A DNA stretch of 64,000 nt from Octopus sinensis (Eukaryota), in the NCBI RefSeq assembly GCF_006345805.1, contig NC_043006.1, forward strand, positions 91,016,001 through 91,080,000, given 5' to 3'. Made by a program: the position numbers and the translations under genes. The notes under the pieces are model-generated. The model was not told where the DNA came from and searched no databases. It saw only the letters and a list, made by a program, of their open reading frames with translations. Every line of letters starts with the position of its first letter. Position 1 is the first letter of the stretch. Shown in pieces: positions 36,100 to 48,140 of this stretch.

Positions 36100-36720
36100 A
36101 GATTGCACTGAATGACTTGCTGTACAATGGAAATACATGGCTACCCCACATCATATAGGGGTGGCTAAGGATAGTTGTGGGGGGAAATAAAAGAATGTAG
36201 CCACTAGAACACTAGTGCAAAGTGTCTCAAGATAAAAGAGGCTGTGGACAGTGGTTGATGGGGCGGGGTGTGTGGATGTGATGAAGAAGGGTGATGGTGC
36301 AGTTGATAGGAAATATGAGTGTGGAGAGATAGAAATGGTTGAACAAGGATAAATCAGACAGTAGCGGCATGATGTGCAAGATGTAGGTGTGGAGGGATAT
36401 GGAGGGGGTTAGGGTGCATTGGTCAGGATGGCAGATGTGAGAGGGTGTTGAGAGAAATAGTTGAGATGTGGGATGTTAAGATGGAGTATGGCAGCGGTGA
36501 AAGATAACCGAAGGCTCAGGAAGGAGGTGGGTGAGGAAGTGGGGATAAGGGATGGAAGTTGTTTCTTTGGTAATGCAAAGAAAGAATGGGGGAGGGGTAA
36601 TGTGTGCCATTACAAGCCTCAAGTGATTACAGTTGCCAAGAAGTGCTGTAGATAGAGGAGTGATTAAGGGCTGGGTGTTAAGAGACTGAAATGCAGGCAA
36701 TACTTCATGGGACAATGGGT
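36100..36720 (-). mobile_element. Possible decayed Penelope-like element
   Basis: Strong purine skew on plus. Minus frame reads SFTAAILHL...PPPYPSTPTSCTSCRYC...FFITSTH...FYLETLC, loosely like a Penelope linker ahead of GIY-YIG. No intact GIY-YIG motif. Confidence 0.3.
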
Positions 36721-36907
36721 TTCAAGCATAAACAGAATGCTTTGGGGACATCATTTGTTTTGTTGTCAAGCACAGCCTCATCACTAATCATCTCAGTCTT
36801 TTATTATTTCCTTCATGATGCCAATACACACATATACACACACACACACTCATGTGTAAAAAATTAATTTAAATGGGAAGCACAAAATATTCAGTGTTCT
36901 TTGAAAG

Positions 36908-37176
36908 ATTGCTGTATTTCACATGCCAAGCTCAGTGAAAATCAGCTCAGTTGAATTGATGCATGAACAATCAAGGTGTCATGGGGCCAAGGAAGAAACA
37001 CGTAGCAGATACCAGCAAGGCTTGAGAAATATATATATCATGATTGAAGTTGATAAAATTGTTGAATTTTACCCAAGTTTAAATAAGAGTGGCATTATGC
37101 CATATCTCAAAATCATTGGTCATACTTTGCAATTTCTTGAAATGCTTGCCTCTGTAAACAGAGTTTCTGTAATGCA
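36908..37176 (+). CDS. Candidate internal exon, unknown product
   Basis: About 90 open codons between weak acceptor ctttgaaag| and canonical donor ca|gtaaga. No recognisable homology. Confidence 0.2.
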
Positions 37177-38109
37177 GTAAGATGCCCATGCTTAACTGAA
37201 AAGGATAAATCTTCTCACAAGACTACTTTAATAGTTACAATGGTGTTTGCAGTTGTTATTTGCAGTGAAAGGGTGGACAGTCATGAGAGTGGTTTCTTTG
37301 CATCTTGCCTCTTGAAAGTTTAAATTTTTCTTATGTTTCTACATTTATCAGAGTCCCAAATATTGATTCCTACCATTACACACTAAAGATATTTCAAAAT
37401 GCTTGCTTTAGATGATTAACTCTGTGTGTGTGCGTGAAAGAAAGTGTGTGTTTGTGTGAATTCTAGATAGGACTATTTAGGCAATAACTGTGTCAGTAAA
37501 TTTTCTCAATTATTTGTAGGATATTGAATTTGTTCCGTTTTTGACATGGAACCCTTTTTTCATCCTCCAAGTCAGTTTCAAAATTTGATTGAGAAGGAAT
37601 TTTAATAAAGAAATACAGAAATCAAGTCTGGAGAATATATGAAATTCTGCAACTTATTCAATCTTCAGTATTGAGAGGATGGAAAGCTTATTTATTTATT
37701 TATTTATTTCAAGAGAGCATGTATATATGTACGTTTTACACACTCATGCTTTCATTCTTTCCTCTCTTTAGTCCATTTATTTGTAACTCTACGTATATGT
37801 ATGATTCATTATTGTACAATATTTAACCATAGAACCTGCCAAGAGTTGGCAGATCAGTATTCATCTTAAATTGTTTAGAGAGTTGGGTAATCATTATATT
37901 TATTTTCAGTTTTTCTCTAATTGAATCTCATATTAATGCAAAGAAACTAGTTCCAGACTTAAGGTTTTTTTTTAACTATTTTATTTGTTAATATTTTAAG
38001 TGCAGACATTTGCAGGTATTTAATTTTAATTGGTGCCAGGAATATTTCTTGGCCTCTTTCCAAGAGGTGATATTCCAAAAGTGTATTTCTACAGCCATGA
38101 ACTTCTTTC

Positions 38110-38152
<43 letters not shown>

Positions 38153-39902
38153 ATGCATGTTGTACAGGCTGAATAGATTTAAATCTCTACCCTGTCGAGC
38201 CACTTATATATATTTTCTATTATACGAATGTCTTCAGTTTGGCTTCTAGTTCTTCAGTACACCTTCCGTTCCTTAGACTGGCTCATGTCGTTCCTTCTTT
38301 AAGTCACACCTGGCCTCTTTATATTCTTGCTTCCTTATTCATTTCTCATGGACCTCTAAACCTTTTCAGTTCAGTCTACAGTTGTTGTCGTGACTTCCAC
38401 TAAATTTCAATCTTGTAACAATACAACAGAGAATATGGAGTAAAATAAATAAATGAAACCTCTAATAATGATATTTCCTTACCATCTCCTATTTACTGGT
38501 TTTCCTCAATTATTGGTTTGTTTATTTAATTCATGGTATTATTTGAATTTCTGTGGATCCTTTTCCAAATATGATAGTAAAGCATTCCTTGCAGTTTTAT
38601 TATCTTGGATAGACTTTTAAGGTTGCAACTGTCTTTCATCACCTGAAGTGTATTAATGCGTTAATCTCTCTCTCTCTCTTTCTCTCTCTCTCTTTCTCTT
38701 TGAACTTTGTAGAAACTGTTTTGAGACATTATAAAATACAACCATAGTTATGATAGACATCTTGAAACATACGAATCTCTCTATCCCCATGAAGATATGG
38801 CCTTCCCATAAAGGCATTCACTCCTGAAGGAAGCTAATATCCTAAAATGCTTTTGAACTTTTCTCCAGGAACAAATAATGGAAAAAATTATGATTTAATT
38901 AATTTGTGACTATTCTGGTAGACTAAAGACACATTAGGGTAATTTCTATATTAATGTATCAAATTAAATTGCAAAACAGACGTAAGATTATTTCAAATCT
39001 TTCCCTCAATAAGAAAGCAGAAATGATATTTATATTTAGACTCTGCCTGATATTCTTACAGAGATATCAACTTAATTGGTAACATTGTCCAAAGAAGTCA
39101 CAACAGAGCCTACACACCTGGACATACATGTGTGCACACGCAAGCATATATTAATAGTTCACATCCCTTAAATGTTCCCAGGGCTGCCAAAAGTTGTTTT
39201 TTTTTCCTCACTGGTGCCAAATACTTTGTTAAAAAGGTACAACAATATACAAAACCATTCCAATTGCATTATACCACTATGAAACCCCATAAATACTTCA
39301 AGAAAGAGAAAATGTGTTAAATTTTTCCTTATAGCTTTCATCAAAAATGCAATGAATTGTTTAACTTTTCTTCTTGCTGTATAAGGTCTTTTCTTTTTTT
39401 TTTTTTTGCCTTCTAGTTTGAGACAAACTGTTCTCAATGCCACTTATTACAGTTTATGTTTTGCAGAAGAGGCTTCTGTCTAAGCTTTTTTTTTTTTTAG
39501 ATTACTGTAATCTTTAGTTGTTGTGTTATTAAGAAATGGAGAAACTCTTTCTGCAGCTGTTGCACAGTGGGGCAATGAAAGAAATTACAACTTAAACTAT
39601 ATCACAGGTAGTGATATAGGTTACAACAATTTTCTTGAGAATCAACAGTGTTTCTTGGGAGAATTTTGTGTATTAAGAAATGCACTTTGTTGAGTCTCCC
39701 TATGTGTTTGTTTGCTGTGGTCTTTACGTACAAGGTTGAAAAATTTCATTGCTAATGGTATTATTGATTTTGGTTAAGCTTCAGAAACATTGGTCAGGCT
39801 TAAGCCTTAAGTAGCTCTAAATTTGTAAACATATCACATAGCAAGAAGCATTATATCATTTTGTTTTAAGAAACGCATGTAGGAACTCATTATTTTTTTT
39901 CT

Positions 39903-40171
39903 CTAAATTCTTTTGACTCCTTTTGGGAAATTGCTGTAGTTTTCTGTCGAAATACTTTTTACAGTGGCCCTTTGAGCGAGGCCTTTCATTTTAGGACATG
40001 TGGATGGCTCATTCACATAGGCTTTGCTCATGTCACTAAGTTTCAGCACCTCTCTTTTGATGAAGTTACTGAGAATAGCTTTCAATCTAGTGTTAATGGA
40101 ATTTCTTAAGCTGTGAATTCTAAATGTTTCTGCCTGGAATTCCAAATTGGAAACAACATTCCTCAATGCTG
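39903..40171 (-). CDS. Candidate terminal exon of an unknown minus-strand gene
   Basis: Acceptor ttatttttctttaacatcag|cag; open frame ALRNVVSNLEFQAETFRIHSLRNSINTRLKAILSNFIKREVLKL...KGVKRI*. Confidence 0.3.
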
Positions 40172-40406
40172 CTGATGTTAAAGAAAAATAACAATAGTGC
40201 TGGCCACTGTCCAGATTCGTTTTACCCCTGACATAGAAGGCTATTTATAAATTTATATATTCCACAGCTAATCAGCTGGAAATGGTTCAGTATGGCATTA
40301 AAATGGTAACAGAGCAGCTGCAAGATTCTTTGCTGTAACCAAATGTAACATTAGATCATGGTGATGAACTGAATCTTAATCCAAAGACAAAAAAAAAACC
40401 CTAATA

Positions 40407-41275
40407 CACTGAACCACAAAAGAAACATGAGGCATGTGTGACTGTGAAATATTTTTTACTTTCATTATGTCAGATAAAAATTTTGATAAATTTGATAAAG
40501 TCAATTTCTTGGAAGCTATTTGACCACAGTCTATGGGTTGTTGTCGTGTTCTGGTAGTGGGTGAATCCAGCACATCGAGATGATAGGGTGTGACATGTTC
40601 AATACCGTATCTGCCCTCCCTGAGTGTTCAAAACAGCCATACACTGTCAGTACATGGAGTGCATGAGGCAGTTCCCAAAAACCATTGGCACCTGTGCCCA
40701 CACCCTGAGGAAAGCTGCCTCCAGTTCCACACGAGTTGTTGGCCTTGGGACCACCTGGTTCAACCATCTCAAGATTTCATCCCACAGGTGTTCAATTGGG
40801 TTCAAATCCTAGTTGAGAGCCAGCCACGGCATGGTTCTGATGTTGTGCTGATGCAGGAAGTCTATTGTGAGCCTGGCTGTGTGGGAGGGAGCACTGTCCT
40901 GTTGGAACACGTAGCTATGGTGATGTGTGAAGAAGGGCATGATGTGAGATCTTAAGATCTGGTCAACATAACACTGTGCTTTGATGTCGAATGCCAGGCA
41001 CGAGGTTCAAGTTGATTTTTATACCCATAACCTCCGAGACGCACGTGCATTTCAGTTTTCATGGCAATTGTCTGCGACTGCCACCCACAGCATTCAACAC
41101 AGCTGCATTTTGGTGTCTTGTTTCAGGGAAAGTTGAAAGGTTACCTGCAATTTTGGTCTCAGCCATAAACCAGCATGTCTTGGAATATTTACACTTACAT
41201 CCCTGAAATAAATTTTCAGAATTTACCATTAAAAAATGGCATTTGAAAAAACTGCATTTCTTTTGTGGTTCAGTG
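40407..41275 (-). mobile_element. Internally deleted Tc1 (DD34E) transposon
   Basis: 19-bp TIR cactgaaccacaaaagaaa at both ends, TA TSD at 40405-40406 and 41276-41277. Relic VFQQDSAPSH...MPWLALN*DLNPIEHLWDE has 34 residues between D and E. Confidence 0.93.
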
Positions 41276-41374
41276 TAGATGTAAAAGAGAAAAAAGGTTT
41301 GATTTCCTCTTGCAGGAGAGGATAACAAAAGAATGGCTGGCCTTGGTGTATCAGCATGGCTTATGTTTTTTGTT

Positions 41375-41590
41375 CATCATCATCATCATCATTATTTAAT
41401 GTCTGTTTTCTATATTGGCATTGGTTTAGCCAATTTGACAAGATCTGATGTGCTGCATGATTCTAGCAAGGTCAAATATTGTTGGCATGGTTACTATGGC
41501 TGGATTTCCTTCCTTAGAACAAACCATATTACAGTATTACAGTGCGTACTGGGAGTATTTTTTTGCATGGAGCCACCACTTGTGAGGTGA
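41375..41590 (-). mobile_element. Degenerate RTE tail
   Basis: catcatcatcattatttaatgtctgttttc...ggctggatttccttcc...cagtgcgtactggg. Confidence 0.6.
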
Positions 41591-44544
41591 CTGAGTAACA
41601 AGATAAGTGAAGGAAAAGACCCCCCCCCCCCGACTGAACAGCTATTACAATGATGAAACTATATCGCTTTTTTTTTTAAGTGCCACACCTAGAAATGGTG
41701 GAAATCATGAACCTTCATTCCCTCCTGTCCTGCACACAGGTTGTTATTGTGTTATTCTTTCTGTAACCAGTTAATAAAACCATTAAGTGTCTTCTCTCTC
41801 TTTCTATCTTTGTGTCTTCCCTGGTTTTTTGTTCCTTTTCATTTTACCATTGTTACTAAATGTTCAAAGGTTTGTCTTCTCATTAGATGTCCACTGAACT
41901 TAACCTGTTGTCTTCTTAGGGTGTGAAGAAGCTTTCTGGAAGTTTCTGCTTGTCTAAGGACTTTGATATTTGCCACTCTATCTCTTCAACATTCATCTAA
42001 GGGACCACATCTCAGTACCATTGAGAAGCTTGTGTACTTGCTGATGTTTCAGGTCACACAGCTATAATATAAGGCTGCAACATTAATACGGCTTAATATT
42101 TGGAAACAATATCTAAAATTGTCAATGAATATTAGATGATTGTGTTTTTTTCCCTTCTTTTTAATAAAAGTGGGTGAGGAAAAAAATCCCCTTTCACTAT
42201 TTTCTTCCCTAAATTTTAATATTATTTTAATGAAAAAAATATATATCATGCATGGAGTTTTATGATATTTCTCACACACACACAACACACATGTACATGA
42301 GCTTAAATACACACACACACACACAGCCAATAAATTGCATAAGACTTGGCTGATGTTGTTATTGCGTCTCTTGTTGACCGTCTTATATTGTGTCTTTAGA
42401 CTCTTATTTTATTACAGGATCACAAAATCCAAATTGACAACTGAGAATTTGGATCTCTTGTAATCATTTTTGTGTGTCTCAATAAATCCTCCACATTTAT
42501 TCATATAACAAAAGTATAATCTTTTACCAAAGCAGCAGAGAAAAGCCATGTTCACACAGAGGCCTCAACTGCAGGGATAAAATCATTTAAAAAGGTTTTT
42601 TAACGCTGTTATAATAATTTTCACAAATAATTTTTAGCATTTCTAACTTAGTATATGAGGCTAAATTAAAAGTTATGATTTAGTAAGATAAATTGTTCTT
42701 TGTCCGTATACTTTCATTCCAGTTTATTGGTTCACTACATGTTATCAAACTTATATGAGCAGATAATAAATACTTTTGGATCATCAGATTCCTTTTTTAT
42801 CATTTTCCTCTGATTGTCTTCATTACTTTACATGTAACACAAAAATACATTTTTGCATTTCTACTGCTTCGTCGGTCACAAGCTATCCAGGAATTACAGA
42901 AATGAGAAATAAATTTGAATTTGTTTCAGTGAATTTAGTTTCTCCATAAAGCTTCTGCAAAGCCTGCTTTACCATCAAATTTCCATCATTTAAAATGATG
43001 TTAGACGATGACAGAGGAGTCCAGTAGACTATAAAATTGTTATGTTTTTCCTTTACCTTTTTTGGATTTGAACTCTTCTCATCTTTCTCTCTACAGCAAC
43101 ATAAAATAATTTAGAATAGCTAGAAGTACATCTATAACATGACTAATGGTAAAGTCAGTGCTTCTTTGAGGAAAGAAATATGGCTTTATTGAAAGATTAG
43201 TATATAACATCAAATAATTATCACAAGTAGTATAGAATAAGATTTATCTTTGATTTTATTGATAAAGCAAAAGCAAGATGAAAAAAAAAATTAATATTTA
43301 GTCATAACACATTTCTATTTCCTTTGAAAGAACTTGAGACCAAACTTATTTTGAAAATTAAAAATTTCAAATCAGTATCATTTAATTAGATTCAAAGAGA
43401 TGCTTAAATTTCCAAACAGTTTGTTTCCTTAAATCCAACTTCACAACTAGCTCCATATAGATTATCCTTGTTTCATCAGCTTTTTCAAATGTAGAATTAT
43501 TGTTTTATATTATACAATCTCCTGGGAGATTTCAGTATTTACATAATTTCAAATCTTAATACTGCTTTAATTCATTAAAATATGGACACTCCTGATGATA
43601 TAAAAAAAAAAAAACCTCTTCAAATTCAATGATGAGGAATGAAAATTTAAAGAAATATTTTGAACATATCTTCAAAGCAAACAGGCTGTGCAAATATTCT
43701 GAGGATCTTCATAAATATCAGTAATTAGCTGTGATCACAAGATTCGTTATGTTAATTTTTTTTTTCTTCATTTTTATGAATTTAAGATGTTGGTTTTATA
43801 TGATATGTAAATTAAAATTCTGAAACCACATGAAAATGAAGATAAATGGAATTGATACCTTAAGAAAATTATATTAGTTGAGGTTTTTTTAAAATTTTAT
43901 TTTTCATAATTTTCTATATTCTTTATATTTCTAATCATTTTCAACTGTGTATATGTGGGTTGGGTGGGGTATCATGTTGACATTCTAGATATCAAAAATT
44001 ATAGGATTTTGTAATCCAGGGGACTAAGAATTTGAATTGAAATTGATAAGATGTGTCGAACATGAAATGTCACTCTTGAAGACTGGGTTTTACATGTTTG
44101 GTTCTAAGCCATTTCTCTTTATTTGGAAGTGATGTCTGGAAAGATTGACATAAAAAGATTTTTATTGCCAAATGTAAATGGTGCAAAGATAACAAACGTA
44201 TTGAACTTTTAAGAAACAAATTATTTTCAGACCATATTCTCTCTCTCTCTCTCACCCTCCTACTGTCTATGTCTCACCTTCACTCTTTCTCCCCCTCTCT
44301 CCCCTCCCTCTCTCTCTCACACACTCACACATATTTTAGAATTCATTCCATTGCTACTCAGAGTTTGTTGTTACATGTAACTGCCTGAATAATTACATTT
44401 AGTACGAAATCCTGATTAGTGAAAGAGTTAATCAACTATTGTTTCCAGATAGATTCTACTGAATGCGTTGAGTACTGTGCCTTACATTTGTAACTAAACA
44501 CATGCACACACAAACACACACACACACATATGAGCATGTGTGTG

Positions 44545-44584
<40 letters not shown>

Positions 44585-44592
<8 letters not shown>

Positions 44593-45188
44593 CACAATTT
44601 AAAAATAGGATAAAATCTTTATAAGAATTTATCAAGTAATTAGCGTAAAAAACCTCATAAGGGAAAAATTTATTAATTTTTCCCTTTAAATTTATTTATA
44701 TTAAGGGCATTACTATACATAAATGCCTCACGCTAGGAGGGACTCTACCATAATAAACACATTGTACAATGTGTTTATTATGGTAGTTTTGACTTTAAGA
44801 GTCCCTCCTAGTGTTAGGCATTTATGTATAGTAATGCCCTTAATGTAAATAAAAGAATAAAATAAAAATATATAAATATATATATATATTATATATATAT
44901 ATATATGCACACACACAATTTAAAAATAGGATAAAATCTTTATAAGAATTTATCAAGTAATTAGCGTGAAAAACCTCATAAGGGAAAAATTTATTAATTT
45001 TTCCCTTTAAATTTATTTATATTAAGGGCATTACTATACATAAATGCCTCACGCTAGGAGGGACTCTACCATAATAAACACATTGTACAATGTGTTTATT
45101 GTGGTAGTTTTGACTTTAAGAGTCCCTCCTAGTGTTAGGCATTTATGTATAGTAATGCCCTTAATGTAAATAAAAGAATAAAATAAAA

Positions 45189-45219
<31 letters not shown>
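44585..45219. repeat. 321-bp tandem duplication, each unit a nested palindrome, embedded in (TA)n
   Basis: Units start at 44585 and 44906. Long inverted arms, a 42-bp central palindrome and a 12-bp side hairpin in each. Confidence 0.95.
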
Positions 45220-46899
45220 GGCATGCTTGAACACTACATGACGGAATAAGAAATTTCCTATTCTAAAAATAGTCTGTGTTTTGTGTCTTAAAAGATTAAT
45301 ATATTTTTGTTTTCTTTCCATAAATTTATCTTTGATCATTAAAACATTTTTTTTTTCTTCTGTAGACATCACTTTTATGCGACCACTAAAGAAATTCTTT
45401 TTATCCTACTCTTTATAGCGATTTCATGTTCTTTCAAAGTACAGTGATATTTTCGCATCAAAAGTAAACCACACAGCTGAGTTAAGAGTTTCAGATGTAC
45501 CATGTGAGAAAAGTTTCTTTCAATCAAGATGCATAAGAACTTACTGGATACCATTAACTCAAATTGGCTGGACTCTGAAAATGTATTTGATTTCATTTCA
45601 TACTAATATTCTTATTACTATATATGTGGGAAACATTTAAGTTTGCCTTAAGTGCACTTTACAGAATACATTGTTATTAATTTCCTTCAATAACTAAAAC
45701 TTTCAACACCTTTGATACTTTTCTGCACAAACAAACTTTAGTAGACTCTGTTGCTTTCAATGCAACACTGAAATTGTTTTCTTGAGAATCTCTATGAATA
45801 GTCTGGAATGCTATTGTGTATTGTTTTGGCTGTGAATTGACAGTGTTGAGTTACCTCTATAACACAATAAACTCAATGTCTGTGTCTGTATATGTTTTGT
45901 GTCTATGTAAGCCCATACAGTTTAAACTCAGACTAGCAATGAGGAAACAGTTTCAGTTAGAATTTCACTAAATACTTGAGATTCTTCATCTCTCCGTCAA
46001 ATGTTTTGTGGGGAGGAAAAGAAAAAAGAAAACTCTTACAAGTAGTTTTTTTAAAATTCTATCAGAATTTAAAATAATTTTCACTAATTCTAACAACTTA
46101 ATTACTTTATCACTTTTGATAATTAGCAAAATAAAAAATGTCGTGCAAATCAATTTTATCAGTTTTTTAAACACCTCTGCCCCCTCCTCCACTAGTTATT
46201 AAATTATTAATTTCACTGTGTTGTAAATTTTGTAGGATTATATTTTCAGACTCAGGTTTTTGCAATTTTTCTGTACTGCTTTAATTGAATTAGCTTAAAA
46301 AAGAGTTCTGTCTGAAACATCGGAAGTTACCTCTCATCACCATATATGCACTTATTGTTTTTGCCGATGCAGAGCATCAATAGTTTCCGTGATGCAGACC
46401 AACTCTAATTTCCTCTGATTCTAGGTTTTACATTGATTAGAATCACATTGAAGATGTTACGCACAACTCTCTCACCTACCTTCTTACATTTACTTTTTTT
46501 CTCTTGATTACACTCTCCTACTTTGTCTGGTTCTGGAGTTCTCAGTTTCATTCAAACACAATCTCTCTCTCTTTAGATTCATTTACACAATCTTTTTATG
46601 CTAACTCTTTAACTTTGTTTCTATGATCACTCAAAGATAATAACGTTTTCTTGATACAACTCTGCATATTTGGTGGTAGAGTTATGTTTTTGATTTAGTC
46701 AAGCTCCTAAACTTTGCTGTATTTATTTTCTTAAATACTGACAGATGAAACATCAAACTGACCAGATAGGATTGGAGCAAAGAATATTAGGGATGTAAAT
46801 AAATATCATTTGGCTGTTTGACATACTTTTCATTCTGTCATCCACCCCCACCCCCTATTTTAATAGCAGTTATGATAATGATAATAATTATTATTATAA

Positions 46900-47445
46900 T
46901 TATAATAATGGTTTTTGAACTTTGGTACATGGTGAGCAATTTCAATTACATTGACCCCAGTACTCAACTGGTATTTATGTTTATGTTATCAACTCTGAAA
47001 GGATAAAAGCCAAGTTGACCTTGACAAAATTTAAATTCAGAACATAGAGGCACATGATAGTAATAATAAAAATATTTTAAAATTTTGGCTGAAGACCACC
47101 AATTTGAGTGGTATGGAGTAATTCAATTACAGTGACCCCAGTATATGACTGGTACTTATTTTATTGACTCTGAAAGAATGAGAGGTAAAGTCGACCTCAG
47201 TGGAATTTGAACTAAGGATGTAATGATGGACGAAATGCCACTAAGCTAACGATTCTGCCAGCTCGCCACCTTAATAAGAATTTTGAGTGAGAGGGTAAGT
47301 CAGTTACATCAATCCTCAGTGTTCAACTGGTACTTATTTTATCAACCCTGAATAGATAAAAGGCAAAATCAACCTTAGTGAAATTTGAACTCATAACACC
47401 AGATGAAACGCCATGGAGAATTTTGTCTGGCATGCCACTTCTACT
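46900..47445 (-). mobile_element. Three head-to-tail OK-type SINEs
   Basis: Three successive ccccagta..actggtac..tttat..ctgaaagga..aaagtcgacc blocks. The best-preserved head is aacgattctgccagctcgccacc near 47248-47271. Confidence 0.8.
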
Positions 47446-47964
47446 ATGATAATAATGATTTTCTTATTAAAGACTTAACTGGTAAGACAAGATAATTTTG
47501 AACTTGTTTTAGTCTTATTCAGACCTTCTCAGTGAAGCCTAACCTCGGTCTTATTTCAATAATCTAATCTTTATTTTTCTTTATATCATTTTATTTGCTT
47601 AATATATTTCTCATTGTTTTCTCCGTTTTCCTTCATGGTTTCAGCAAATGTTCATATGTGACAGCAGGAAAATAATTAAAAAAGATCCATTATATATTTG
47701 TTTATTTGTTCTGTATTGATTCTTATATTAATTGTGTTGATTTGATATTGTGACCCTTCATCTATCTTGTATCACAACATCAGGCTGATGAGATTATTTT
47801 CAGTAATGAAAATGTCAAATGTTAACTTATTCAGTGGCTGTGATTGAATTCTTAAATATAATCATTATTCTCTGTGGATGGAAAAATAAAAAATTGAAGC
47901 AAACCATGAAATGGAAAAACAATTATTTTGTTCCTGTTTTAAAAGAATAAACACAAAACACTCT

Positions 47965-48140
47965 AAAATCTACAGATTCCATCAGCTGTTCTTTGGTTGC
48001 ATTTTATATGGTAGAAACCTTAGCATATCGGACAAAATGCTTAGCAGCATTTCTTCTTGTTCAATATGTTCTGAATTCAAGTTCCATCAAGGCCAACTTT
48101 GCCTTTCATCATCTCAGGAGTCAATAAAATAAAGGACCAG
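47965..48140 (+). mobile_element. OK-type SINE
   Basis: caaaatgcttagcagcatttc...ctgaattcaagttccatcaaggccaactttgcctttcatc. Confidence 0.65.
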
